This document shows, one piece after another, positions 11,101-20,127 of a stretch of DNA of 64,000 nt. The notes under the pieces are model-generated. The model made no database searches. It was not told the origin of the DNA and was given only the letters and a program-made list of their open reading frames with translations. The translations under genes were made by a program, and so were the position numbers. This DNA comes from a virus (taxonomy: Duplodnaviria; Caudoviricetes). The stretch lies in IMG/VR virus record IMGVR_UViG_3300028833_000068, positions 107,412 to 171,411 of that record, one strand, 5' to 3'. Every line of letters begins with the position of its first letter. The first letter of the stretch is position 1.

Positions 11101-12863
11101 GAACTTAAGTTAACCTTAATATCAGCCTTTTTACCTACTTGAGGATATGCAATATCGCCAATTTCTACGTTGATTGATGAATCAGCACTGATAGTCTTTA
11201 AGCTTGCTTGCGTGTTTGCACTAAGTTCAGCAATCTCATTATCATGTTTTGTATCAGCACTTTCAGAACGAGCAATCTCAGTATCAATCTTACCACTTAA
11301 TGTATCAAGGACGTTCTTAACAGTTGTTGCTCCAGTTACATCATACTTGATGTTATCAGCTTCACCCCTTACATAAAGCTCATGGTTTCTATCTTCTAGA
11401 ATATTATGTGCGGCTGTTGTTGCAATTTTAGCATCGGCAGAAAGCTTATCCTTTCCAGCAACATCTCTGTTTTTATAAAGATTAATATTATGTCCTTCAT
11501 TAAAGACATCCCACTCATCTATCATTTTCCCAATAGGGATTCTGACTATTTTTTCTTCTCCCTTATCATCAGTGTATGTTAAAACAAGTTCTTCTGTGAC
11601 TGTATCATAGTAAATGTATTTAAACACTTCAACAGTATTAAGTTCAATTTCTGTTTTTTTGTCAACAATTTGTCCATTATCATTTAAACTAGATACTTTG
11701 AAAATAAGTTTATTCTCATTGGAAATATATTCAAGTTTTGAACTTGCAAAAAAACCATCAACTTTATTAACAATAATATTATTACTATCATTAGATAACT
11801 TTAGTTTAGTTAACTCGTCAAGAACAGATTTAACACTAGTTTTTTCTCCGTCTTTATAGTATATAATATTACTTGCTTTTCCATCAACATATAAACATCT
11901 TCCATCACTTGTTCTATTGAGAATATTACTAGATGTGGCAAGTTTTTCATATTGCTTAGTTATAGGATTAATGGTTTCATCTTTAATTCTAATGTCAGCA
12001 CTTAATATATCTTGGTTTGGTTTATGATGAACATAATCTGGGCTATCCATCTTTACCTCAGTTTTTGTGAGAATAACTGGAGTTTTAGTTCCTTCATCCA
12101 CTGTCCATTCATCAATCAAATTAGTGCAATCAATCTTAACTGGTTCATCAATATCCTTAATATCTAACCATATTGATTGGTCTTCAATATGATATGTACC
12201 ACCAGTCACATAATGATTAAGAAGAGGAACAGTAGTTCCACTTTCATCATTAACCTTAAAAGTAAACTCTTCTTTTTCTTCATCATAATTAAGGTCAATG
12301 TAGATGAATAAACCTTCATATTTTTTATCACCAGTAGGGTTGGTTACTATTCTTAGGTCATTTTTTCTAACAATTCCTTCTTCTGGAAATATTGTAGATT
12401 CTGCGACCTTAACTTCACCGCTAATGAAAGTACTATCATCAGTCTTTTCTGCAAACATATTTAAGGTGGTACTGCTCAATGCAGTAACAGTAAGACTCTT
12501 GATTGCATCTTCAAGAGCTTGACCAAGGTCTTCGATTTCAGCTTCTGTTTTATCAATATCGATAATACAAAATTTATTATAGTCATTTGTCCACCCATCT
12601 TCATTTGTGTCTGCACCGATACAGAACATTATATGAGGTTCTTCACCATCAATAGCATATCTAAGAATAGTAGGTTCTGCCAAAAGAGAACGTCCATAGT
12701 GAGGCTCGTCACCTTCTAGTACCTCGTTACGCCATATATCTTCATAAATATACTTTTTTGCTGCGCTTCTAGCTTTATCTAAAGTTGGAGCAGTAAACAC
12801 ATCACTGTGGTGTCTAAATTGTAATCTATTAATCGTATTCATTGTATATATTTTTTCTTTCAA
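8106..12863 (-). CDS. Long tail fibre with C-terminal peptidase S74-type intramolecular chaperone
   Basis: Coiled-coil E-x-T-R-A-T-x-A-E repeats, three ~75-aa TxYNGS repeats, SSDVNLKENI...GIIAQEVE...VDY + terminal coiled coil. Confidence 0.85.
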   Translation of the reverse strand: MKEKIYTMNTINRLQFRHHSDVFTAPTLDKARSAAKKYIYEDIWRNEVLEGDEPHYGRSLLAEPTILRYAIDGEEPHIMFCIGADTNEDGWTNDYNKFCIIDIDKTEAEIEDLGQALEDAIKSLTVTALSSTTLNMFAEKTDDSTFISGEVKVAESTIFPEEGIVRKNDLRIVTNPTGDKKYEGLFIYIDLNYDEEKEEFTFKVNDESGTTVPLLNHYVTGGTYHIEDQSIWLDIKDIDEPVKIDCTNLIDEWTVDEGTKTPVILTKTEVKMDSPDYVHHKPNQDILSADIRIKDETINPITKQYEKLATSSNILNRTSDGRCLYVDGKASNIIYYKDGEKTSVKSVLDELTKLKLSNDSNNIIVNKVDGFFASSKLEYISNENKLIFKVSSLNDNGQIVDKKTEIELNTVEVFKYIYYDTVTEELVLTYTDDKGEEKIVRIPIGKMIDEWDVFNEGHNINLYKNRDVAGKDKLSADAKIATTAAHNILEDRNHELYVRGEADNIKYDVTGATTVKNVLDTLSGKIDTEIARSESADTKHDNEIAELSANTQASLKTISADSSINVEIGDIAYPQVGKKADIKVNLSSQSGNTIRLLEDGLFNFIDLKTENYSGGTKIILYYSDSTQSTGVNTREAVVDNISFIDSITYDPSDETLVIVYYSGTTRKEERIPLRGLINEWKPADDNDNQAIKLRRVSAATGSDILYASATTSPKDDNILVIDYENNALYVSNSGITKNAYDINHEIQRATSVENEIRDVLNAEIERSEQKDHEHDNDISDIKSTIGSGFSSNAFETVTYQFGVLNDKLIQEGIDRASEDNALRNLINEEIDYRVSADTEERNRAISAETILTDKIGTGFTTADTNNVTAKFNALSGALNTEIQDRINDVNAEETRATGVENQLRTDLIAETTRATSAETTLHNEIVTETNRAISAETTLNTKLDNEISHSVAKDNEHDTKISANETAISNEVTRATNAENDLDDKITAEKNRAQSAETALNTAIDTERTRATNAESTLTSNLNAEITRSSNRDDQLQADLTAEVTRSTNFDNALSGALETEITNRTTADTALRTAIDNEVTRATNAETTLQTALNTEISERKADAVHYADYNPSGKTIDFKNKNGVIIDSIDATNFIKDGMVNSVYLDNTNRQLVIVFNTDAGQETIKIELNQIFDPSNYYTKSEVNAISGNLQTAISNEVTRATSAETELQTAITNEISRATGVENTIKNSTFTITQGLNTVTFHPGTSTAITITGVTKISDLDNDLEKLTWSLGTPIADSTGYNGSSAKGITIPSSLSHLDGVGTLTLKDQTGGTTTFNPKDGNATFSLPTTIKAFTNDLSSLTWALGAPSADGAGYNGSTGKSFNIPSNLSHLSGVQTLTIQKNGTNVGTYNPTGVSTINITVPTSTSELTNDLAALTVQTGVPSTSDTTYNGSTATTLRIANQLQHLTNWDAATTTLNVPGSLNVAGQITATSAIYSSDVNLKENINNADINKKIAARKVEIKEFNFKDNPNKDKVYGIIAQEVEEQGLNEIVFTKEDGYKAVDYTSLMMLKIGYLENENEALKNTIMDLKARLENLENKQ

Positions 12864-12868
12864 TGTTA

Positions 12869-15049
12869 TTAAATCTCACCAAAGTTTCCATCAAACTTAA
12901 CTTTTATGAAATGGTCTGGATTCTTGTCCTTTGACTCAAGAACTAAATTGAAGTCATTTTTTTCAACACTAGCCGACATCGTATATGCACTGCTAGTATC
13001 TATGGTTAAACCACTAATCTCATCCTCCCTTTCTTTTGCTCTTTCTGTCTCAGCATCTATCTTTTCATCTAATGCTGTATCAGCAGAAATTCTTTCTTCA
13101 CGTTCAGTGTCAATTGCGCCACTTAAAGCCTCATCAACAGCTTCACGCTCTGCTCTCTCATCTTCAATTGCGCCACTTAGAATCTCATCACCCTCAATTC
13201 TAGCCTCAGTTTCAGCACTAAGCATGTCTAATAATTCAGTAGTGGTACTTGATATAGCATCAATTGCATCCCAAATCTCAGTATCAGCAGATTCTCTAAT
13301 CTGTCTCTCTTCTTCAAGAGCATCCTCAAGGTCTGTGATTGCACTAATGGTATATGCTGAAAGTTCATCAATTTCATATTGAAGGATGGTGTCTCCAGAA
13401 ATACGAGCATCTCTTTCTTCATCAATTAATGGAATTACAATGTCAAGTATTCTCTCTGTGATTAAGTCATCAGTATTCTTAAGATATTTATCACAATTTT
13501 CGACATATACTCTATACTCTAGATTCTTTTGTTTAGCATCTGGGTCAAAACATGGATTCTGAATAACAATGGTATCACCTTCATTCATCACTTTCTTTTC
13601 CCAATATCTACCGTTGTATTCATTAATGAACATTTCAACTCTAGATTCAAGAATGTGCCCACCATTCACTAGTAATACCTCTGCATCCTTGCCTTCAGTT
13701 TCAAAACCCTTCTTGTCAGCAAAGTTTGTTGCAAGCCAAACTTGTCCACTCTCTGGCATTAATATTGCCTTATACAGCACGCCATCAATATATTCTGAAT
13801 CACGATAATTAGAACCATCATAATCCTTCACAAGCCTTACACTATAATAAGGAGTTGGGCATTCAGCAACTTGCCATACACCACCCTTGTCATAGTCAAA
13901 TACCTTAACATATGTATCTTGACCTTCAGCAATTTCAGTAGTTGTCCAAAAGAATGCTTGCTCAGTAATACCTTGATATTTTTGACCATTCTTATAATAA
14001 CCACTTCCAGCTGGAAGTACCTTCATTCCATACTTATCAACTCCCTTTGCATCTTCATTAATTGGATTCTCATTTGGAGTAACATCAGTGTTATCGAATA
14101 TATAATCATCAGAATCATCACTAGCATTAGATGCTGTTGATGAACAAGTTCCAATATATGGTTTAGTACCACTACAAGTGCATTGCTCTTGTCCTACCCA
14201 ACCACACTCTGACTTAAGATACTTACCAGCCACCTTACCAAGCTCAACATGACATTGTGCCGAATTGTGGTTTCTATATTCACAAGGTTCAATAGAATTC
14301 AATAGTTTATCCCAATCAGCCTTAGATGGAACACGCCAGTAATACTTTCTATCACTAACTTCCTTGCAAATTTCATTCACATCATATTCAAGGTCAAGAA
14401 GTTCTTGAATCTTCTTAACACCATTACCATTGTAAAGATATCCATAGTCATTCACCTTCTCCTTGGTCACATATCTAGTACCATTCTCAGCATCAGTTGG
14501 CAAAGTTCCACCATCAGTCAAGTCAATGACCTTTATGGCTGGAGCTAACATACCAGTTTTCTCAACTCCAGCAATACCAAGAGGAGATTTCATAGTACCC
14601 AATCCCCTTAATGTGTTGTCACTGATAACCTTTGTCAACACATCATTACCGATGACATCTATGAGGTTGTCTGCTGTGATGATGTTCTCAATTGTTGTTG
14701 ATTTTTCACCATCGTCATCCTTGTAAGTAATAGTTAATGTAACACCATTTTTGTCGCCACATTCAGTAACGGTATTGAAATCATATGTGAAGTTTTTATC
14801 GATTGTTGTATCAATATCTACTTTAATCTCTTGACCATTATTTCTTGTAATGATAAGAGTACCATCTGACTTCGTACAGTCTTCACCCCTTACAAAAGTT
14901 GCAGCACTGATGTCATAATCCTTGAGAGTAAGGAAGTTACTGTCTATCTCCCCGATAGATAGTTTACAATTTTTTGTAATATCGATCGGTTTTCCATGCT
15001 CATCATAGTAATTAGAATTAACCTTATAGAAAAAAAGACTTTCTGCCAT
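12869..15049 (-). CDS. Fibre-associated protein with FISUMP (Fibrobacter major paralogous, CLec-like) domain and coiled coil
   Basis: YGYLYN...WRVPSKADW..L...GKYLKS..GW...DKYG...LPAG...FWTTT...YSVRLVKD; EE..AR..AD repeats. Confidence 0.75.
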   Translation of the reverse strand: MAESLFFYKVNSNYYDEHGKPIDITKNCKLSIGEIDSNFLTLKDYDISAATFVRGEDCTKSDGTLIITRNNGQEIKVDIDTTIDKNFTYDFNTVTECGDKNGVTLTITYKDDDGEKSTTIENIITADNLIDVIGNDVLTKVISDNTLRGLGTMKSPLGIAGVEKTGMLAPAIKVIDLTDGGTLPTDAENGTRYVTKEKVNDYGYLYNGNGVKKIQELLDLEYDVNEICKEVSDRKYYWRVPSKADWDKLLNSIEPCEYRNHNSAQCHVELGKVAGKYLKSECGWVGQEQCTCSGTKPYIGTCSSTASNASDDSDDYIFDNTDVTPNENPINEDAKGVDKYGMKVLPAGSGYYKNGQKYQGITEQAFFWTTTEIAEGQDTYVKVFDYDKGGVWQVAECPTPYYSVRLVKDYDGSNYRDSEYIDGVLYKAILMPESGQVWLATNFADKKGFETEGKDAEVLLVNGGHILESRVEMFINEYNGRYWEKKVMNEGDTIVIQNPCFDPDAKQKNLEYRVYVENCDKYLKNTDDLITERILDIVIPLIDEERDARISGDTILQYEIDELSAYTISAITDLEDALEEERQIRESADTEIWDAIDAISSTTTELLDMLSAETEARIEGDEILSGAIEDERAEREAVDEALSGAIDTEREERISADTALDEKIDAETERAKEREDEISGLTIDTSSAYTMSASVEKNDFNLVLESKDKNPDHFIKVKFDGNFGEI

Positions 15050-15088
15050 ATTTTTTTATTATTTTTTATTTTATTATTTTCTTTAAAA

Positions 15089-15097
15089 ATAAATATC
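15089..15097 (-). promoter_or_regulatory. Putative late-promoter motif GATATTTAT
   Basis: Upstream of the fibre operon start at 15049. Confidence 0.55.
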
Positions 15098-15167
15098 AAA
15101 AACTTTCAGATATAATCTATTTATTGGTGATATATTATTATAAATCCTACAAATTTTTGAAAAAAAT

Positions 15168-15494
15168 ATGAGACACCCAAAAGGATATTGGAAAAATAGG
15201 GAAAATATGATGGCTGAAGCCAAGAAATATTTAACCAAAGATGAGTTTAAAAAAGGAAACCTTACGGCATTCTTAATGTCGTATAAATATGGTTTCATAG
15301 ACGAAATGCACTGGCTAGTCAAACAGAAACAACACAAGAACGGATATTGGACTTACAAACATATTGAGGAAGAGGCATTGAAGTATAATACCAAGACAGA
15401 ATTCTTCAAGGGAAATCAAACAGCATATAGAGCAGCATTAAAACTAGGAATAATAGATGATTTCTTCATGCTTAATGACTACATACAAAACTAA
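15168..15494 (+). CDS. Stand-alone pair of endonuclease-associated DNA-binding repeats (no nuclease domain)
   Basis: Two GYW..E....EA.KY.TK.EF.KGN.TA(F/Y) repeats, similar to the repeats in the GIY-YIG protein at 60105..61097. Confidence 0.65.
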   Translation: MRHPKGYWKNRENMMAEAKKYLTKDEFKKGNLTAFLMSYKYGFIDEMHWLVKQKQHKNGYWTYKHIEEEALKYNTKTEFFKGNQTAYRAALKLGIIDDFFMLNDYIQN

Positions 15495-15526
15495 AAAAGA
15501 GCAACCATTATTGATTACTCTTTTTT
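15493..15526. terminator. Bidirectional terminator hairpin
   Basis: aaaaaagag...ctctttttt between convergent genes. Confidence 0.6.
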
Positions 15527-15532
15527 CTATTG

Positions 15533-16189
15533 TTATTCCCATCCTTTTCCTTTGGTATACTTAGATTTTCCACTATAATAATCATGCATATCATTTGCCA
15601 TTGAGATTTTTATTTTATCATGAAACAATTTATTGTTACTTATTTTATTTATTAAGAAATTTAATATTTTTTGGTTTATTTTTGAATCATCTAAATTTGG
15701 AAATTTATTCACAAACTTATCATAAAGTTCATACTCTTCATCAAAATCACGGTCACTAGACCAAGAACGCTCATTGTTTGATAATTTAATCTCAATCCTT
15801 TTTAAATACTTATGCAAAGGATATATATCCAAGTTATACAATCTTTCTTCTGCTTCACCTTTTCCATCAAAAGCAAAAGGCTGTAATCTTGCACCACGCA
15901 AATTCTGAATCATATCGCCATCAAACACGAAACAAACTGAACTTCCTTTACTTTGTATGTTATAATTTTTATCTCTTGTAAATGAAATACATGGTTTGCT
16001 AGATATATCTTCTTCACTAGAAGGGACATTAGCTCTCAAACAATCATCATCAACAATCCAAGATGCTTGTATAAGGCTAGTATAATGATATAGTTCTCCA
16101 TGATAGTTTTCATTTATATTTTGTCTTAAATAACTATCTATCGTTTCCCTAATAATCGATTTAACTCTATTTTGATTTATTCTTCTCAT
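15533..16189 (-). CDS. ADP-ribosyltransferase-like protein with N-terminal tag
   Basis: LYHYTS, ISFTRD, EAEER resemble the ART strand-1, S-x-S/T and ExE motifs; N-terminus RVKSIIRETIDSYLRQNINE; likely start at 16189. Confidence 0.5.
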   Translation of the reverse strand: MRRINQNRVKSIIRETIDSYLRQNINENYHGELYHYTSLIQASWIVDDDCLRANVPSSEEDISSKPCISFTRDKNYNIQSKGSSVCFVFDGDMIQNLRGARLQPFAFDGKGEAEERLYNLDIYPLHKYLKRIEIKLSNNERSWSSDRDFDEEYELYDKFVNKFPNLDDSKINQKILNFLINKISNNKLFHDKIKISMANDMHDYYSGKSKYTKGKGWE

Positions 16190-18152
16190 ACTTATAATTA
16201 TGTTCAATTATCATTTGTTCCATGAAGCAATTATATATCTTGAATGAAGAAAGGTATCCAATAAATGTTCCTGCAAAATATTTTTCAAGTGGGTATACCC
16301 TTGTTGGATTCAGCATATAATTTCTTTGTATTGTTTCAGCAAGACCTTGCGTACCGCCACCAATGGATATGTTATACGGTACTCCCTCTTGTTTCTCATA
16401 GAGTTCATTCAATGCCTTTAAATTAATCATTGGGAGGTCTTTTGTTATATATACTAGTTTACCATTAACATAAAAGAAAAGTTTCATTTTACCAAATACA
16501 TTTGTCATCCTAACATTAACTGTACACCATTCACAACTTGGTATTACATTTTCGAATGAATATCCTTCAATGATATTTGTCTTATCCCTTCCTTCCTTCT
16601 CACAATCCATTACAAGCATCCTATAACCTATTTCACCCTTATCTGTTATTCTAAAGGCTAAGGCATTGTTATATAGGTCGTTATATGGGTTATAATCATT
16701 TGCTGATTGGTCTCTTAAGGCATCAATATTGGATATGGTATATCCAGTCTTGGTACGATTCATCAAGATGAAGAGATTGCCTTTGAATTGGCTCTTGCGT
16801 CCCATATACATAAACTGAGTTCCTTCAACCCAATTGGAAACTGTCTTACCTGTCTTGGTTCTATCGAAGAACAAGAACTTATTATCAGTATAAAAATAAT
16901 ATTGGTTTGCTTCAGATAACTTAAAGCCATCATTGGTTTGATATTCGAAATCAGATATATCTAACTCAGGTTCAATATAATCCCTTGCTTCATCCAAACC
17001 CATTACTTCACCATTGTCGAATATATAATCGTCACCAAATTCATCGCATCCATTTAATTCATTTCCATTATAATTTGGATTTTTCTTTTTCTTATACGAT
17101 ATTGGACATCCACATCCGTGAAAGAATGGAATTAATATGAATTCATTATCTTCATCACCCCCATTTTCACCGCAACACCAAGTAAGCGTTTTATAAGGTA
17201 AATCTGAATCACAAGGTATTACCTTTGGCTTTCTATTTGATTCTATATCAAGATAATCTGACATGTCATCCCAATCACATTCATCTCTTTCAAATAAATC
17301 AATATCATAATATCTATAGTTGGTATAATCTCCCAATTCAAATGGGTCACATCCATCAAAATCAGGATTTGGATTATAAAAGTTTCCAATAATATAATCT
17401 TTCTTATCTATTTCTCCACCTTCAACATAATCATCAACACCCAATTCATAACACTCCTCAAGTCCATCTACATCGTCTTTGTCATACATATAAATCCACT
17501 TGTTTTCTGCCCTCGTTCCAATGTAGAAGAATATACCTTTATTCTGAGGATATTTATCATTCAATGTCTTATTTGATTCCTTATCTAAGTCACATCTTTT
17601 TAATGTGAATTCAAGATTCAATGTGTCTCCATGTTCAAATGACGTTGGTAATACTTGATACTTATCGCACTCAGTCTTGAAAAAGCCTTGAAAAAAACCC
17701 CCATTAAGTTTCACAGAGCCGTTTTCTATATGAAGTGGGTAGTCATACTGCAAGGTATTTCCAGACACAGCATGGAGCTTTAAACGAGTGTCATTTTCAA
17801 CAATTTCAAACTTGTTCTTTTGAAATAATTCGAAGAAGTCTTTATTTGAAATTCTATCCTTACGGAATGTAAATAAACCATTATCCACCCCAGTATATGT
17901 TATATTATATAATGTATAACCCAAAGATATGGATTTATCCCAAGTATAACCACTTTTACTATATATCCAATTATTACTGTCAAAACAATCTTCATCTGAC
18001 AAATCTATATATGATATTAAACAATCATCATATAACCCATCCTTTATTCTGAATGAGCCATAAGAGTCTTTATTCACATAAAAATCCCAATATTCATCTC
18101 TATTAATCCTTAATTTAAGATTATGATAGTTGTTTACCTTTAAATTTGCCAT
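16167..18152 (-). CDS. Putative structural protein (LamG/ConA-like C-terminus)
   Basis: W..V.V...L.FYVNGKL...ISIGGG...F.GY.SSFKIYN; late motif upstream. Confidence 0.5.
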   Translation of the reverse strand: MANLKVNNYHNLKLRINRDEYWDFYVNKDSYGSFRIKDGLYDDCLISYIDLSDEDCFDSNNWIYSKSGYTWDKSISLGYTLYNITYTGVDNGLFTFRKDRISNKDFFELFQKNKFEIVENDTRLKLHAVSGNTLQYDYPLHIENGSVKLNGGFFQGFFKTECDKYQVLPTSFEHGDTLNLEFTLKRCDLDKESNKTLNDKYPQNKGIFFYIGTRAENKWIYMYDKDDVDGLEECYELGVDDYVEGGEIDKKDYIIGNFYNPNPDFDGCDPFELGDYTNYRYYDIDLFERDECDWDDMSDYLDIESNRKPKVIPCDSDLPYKTLTWCCGENGGDEDNEFILIPFFHGCGCPISYKKKKNPNYNGNELNGCDEFGDDYIFDNGEVMGLDEARDYIEPELDISDFEYQTNDGFKLSEANQYYFYTDNKFLFFDRTKTGKTVSNWVEGTQFMYMGRKSQFKGNLFILMNRTKTGYTISNIDALRDQSANDYNPYNDLYNNALAFRITDKGEIGYRMLVMDCEKEGRDKTNIIEGYSFENVIPSCEWCTVNVRMTNVFGKMKLFFYVNGKLVYITKDLPMINLKALNELYEKQEGVPYNISIGGGTQGLAETIQRNYMLNPTRVYPLEKYFAGTFIGYLSSFKIYNCFMEQMIIEHNYKYEKNKSK

Positions 18153-18177
18153 TATATAATGTAATTAATTCTCTTTA

Positions 18178-18190
18178 ATAAATATTTATA
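18178..18190. promoter_or_regulatory. Overlapping divergent late-promoter motifs (palindrome ATAAATATTTAT)
   Basis: Between divergent starts at 18152 (-) and 18211 (+). Confidence 0.6.
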
Positions 18191-18210
18191 TGAAATAAAA
18201 GAAGATACTT

Positions 18211-18459
18211 ATGAAAGTAATTAATTTAAATGAATCTCAGTTTGGAAGATTGTTTGAAGGTGTAACTGACGCAGACTTTGGAACAAGTTCAGTTCCAGAA
18301 TTTGATAGTAAAGACCAAGTTGAACTTCAACCAACAATTACAGATAAAGGTGGTAGTCCTAAAAAGGCTAATCCAATAGACAGCAATGAGTTTGCTGATG
18401 AAATGTGCCCACAAGGATGGGGATTCATTGGCGGTAAAAATGCTTCAAGACCAGTTTAA
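18211..18459 (+). CDS. Small protein with N-terminal tag (MKVINLNESQFGRLFE)
   Basis: ORF + shared tag. Confidence 0.65.
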   Translation: MKVINLNESQFGRLFEGVTDADFGTSSVPEFDSKDQVELQPTITDKGGSPKKANPIDSNEFADEMCPQGWGFIGGKNASRPV

Positions 18460-18462
18460 ACT

Positions 18463-18981
18463 ATGTCATTAATAATAGAAGATTCACAGAAAGTGACACA
18501 AAGGAAAATTCCAGTTCCTAAGAATGCTCAACAAGTTTTTAGTGCATTATATAATGCGCTAGAACCAACTATGGGTAAAAATAACCTCAAGAACCTTAAA
18601 AACCTTGCAACTGATAAGACTTATAATAAAAAAGGTGAGGAAACAAAGAAAAATGGTAAAGAACAAGGTGTTAACTATGTGAATATTGATGTTGCAAAAA
18701 TGAGAAAAAGCAGATGGCCAAATGACCCATTACAACAAATGGCACAAGGTGGACAACTTGCTTATGATTTATATGACAAGGGCATTGAAAAGGCAAGAAG
18801 ACAAGAAGAAATTCCTCCAGTAGAGCCACCAAAGCCTACAAGCGATGCTGACGTTAAACCAAGCGATGTGAAGGTAAAACAAATAGAACTTCCTAGCGGA
18901 ACTATCTCATATAATGAGAATAAAGAGATTGGTAAAAAAATATACATAACTGAAAAACAAGTTATTAAATTGAAAAAATGA
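18463..18981 (+). CDS. Hypothetical protein with C-terminal tag-like KKIYITEKQ
   Basis: ORF in the late operon. Confidence 0.65.
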   Translation: MSLIIEDSQKVTQRKIPVPKNAQQVFSALYNALEPTMGKNNLKNLKNLATDKTYNKKGEETKKNGKEQGVNYVNIDVAKMRKSRWPNDPLQQMAQGGQLAYDLYDKGIEKARRQEEIPPVEPPKPTSDADVKPSDVKVKQIELPSGTISYNENKEIGKKIYITEKQVIKLKK

Positions 18982-19232
18982 ATACAGTCGAAAATACATA
19001 TAATAAAATAGGTAATACCATTGATTATATATTTGGTGGAGGAACTAAAGAACAAGGCGGAAACCTCGCAAGCGCAGATGGAAAACCAACAACACTAGAA
19101 ATGTATGGAATGAAAGCAAGACAATACCATTTAATGAGAAATGAATGGAAAAAAGACTTGCAATATACAAAACCATTAATAGAATCAGAATATATGGTTC
19201 AAACTGAATTTAAAATAAACGGTGGAAAATAA
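18978..19232 (+). CDS. Hypothetical protein
   Basis: ATGA overlap with the upstream gene. Confidence 0.6.
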   Translation: MNTVENTYNKIGNTIDYIFGGGTKEQGGNLASADGKPTTLEMYGMKARQYHLMRNEWKKDLQYTKPLIESEYMVQTEFKINGGK

Positions 19233-19284
19233 TAAAAGAACTATTTATAATAGAATAATAAAATATTAAATTTTATATAAGATT

Positions 19285-19704
19285 ATGGGAAAACAGACAT
19301 GTTTAGAGAAAGCAGGAATCAATGAACGTCATAACGAAATTGTACGTTCAGATTATAATATCGAAGACCAGTATTCAAGTGCTCATAAAGATGCTATTTC
19401 TGACGATGAAGCTCAAGGCAAAGGACATCCTACTATAAAAGGTCACACACACTGGCTACCAAACTGTAATGGAACTGCAAGTAATATGATTAAATATGAC
19501 AACTTTGCAACAAGCCCAAGTGACCAGATAGGCGGTTTATATGACCGTAAGGGCAGAGCTGGAATTCCTGGACGTGAGGAACAAATGGCACGTTCAATTT
19601 ACAATTATGAAGAGTCTTATGGCCCTACTTCAGTTGATACCACAGCCAATGTGAATGACGGTCAGTACTTCGTGGGTCAGCAGATTGGCCAAGAAAACGC
19701 TTAA
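19285..19704 (+). CDS. Hypothetical (possibly virion) protein
   Basis: 139-aa ORF, CTATTTATA variant motif upstream. Confidence 0.65.
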   Translation: MGKQTCLEKAGINERHNEIVRSDYNIEDQYSSAHKDAISDDEAQGKGHPTIKGHTHWLPNCNGTASNMIKYDNFATSPSDQIGGLYDRKGRAGIPGREEQMARSIYNYEESYGPTSVDTTANVNDGQYFVGQQIGQENA

Positions 19705-19708
19705 AAAA

Positions 19709-19739
19709 TTTGGAATTCTCCAGATTTTCTATATCTTTG
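19709..19739 (+). promoter_or_regulatory. Bacteroidota-type promoter (TTTG...TATCTTTG)
   Basis: Consensus -33/-7 elements. Confidence 0.65.
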
Positions 19740-19740
19740 C

Positions 19741-19839
19741 ATAAATCTTTTATATTATACAAACTACAAAAATATTGAAGAAGACAATATAAAAACTTTT
19801 AAAGATAAAGAGAAATTAATAAAAAGTATAATTACATAA
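19741..19839 (+). pseudogene. Relic C-terminal tail of a Vsr-like free-standing endonuclease
   Basis: Start-less frame INLLYYTNYKNIEEDNIKTFKDKEKLIKSIIT* resembles the tails GIKVLYYSN...FENKEELLKEIIK and GVKLLYYDS...ILKEITS elsewhere in the window. Confidence 0.5.
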
Positions 19840-19843
19840 TGTT

Positions 19844-20125
19844 ATGGGATTTTACGACAGCAATAGATTAGCAAATTTGGCAAGAAACATACTATTTGGT
19901 ATGGATGTTGTCAGTAAAAGATGTGACAAAATTTATGAGTCTGCAAAAGATAAGAAGCTTGAAGATGTTAATTTTGACATGAGTGAAGAGGCGAAGAGAA
20001 GGGCAATTAATGAAAATAAGAGGTTCTTCTCAGACCAAAATGTTCAAAGAAGATTAAAGCTACTTCAAGATATTATAGTTGATGATACACACCTTAATAA
20101 ATTAAGAGCATTATACGGACAATAA
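19844..20125 (+). CDS. Hypothetical protein
   Basis: 93-aa ORF. Confidence 0.6.
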   Translation: MGFYDSNRLANLARNILFGMDVVSKRCDKIYESAKDKKLEDVNFDMSEEAKRRAINENKRFFSDQNVQRRLKLLQDIIVDDTHLNKLRALYGQ

Positions 20126-20127
20126 TA

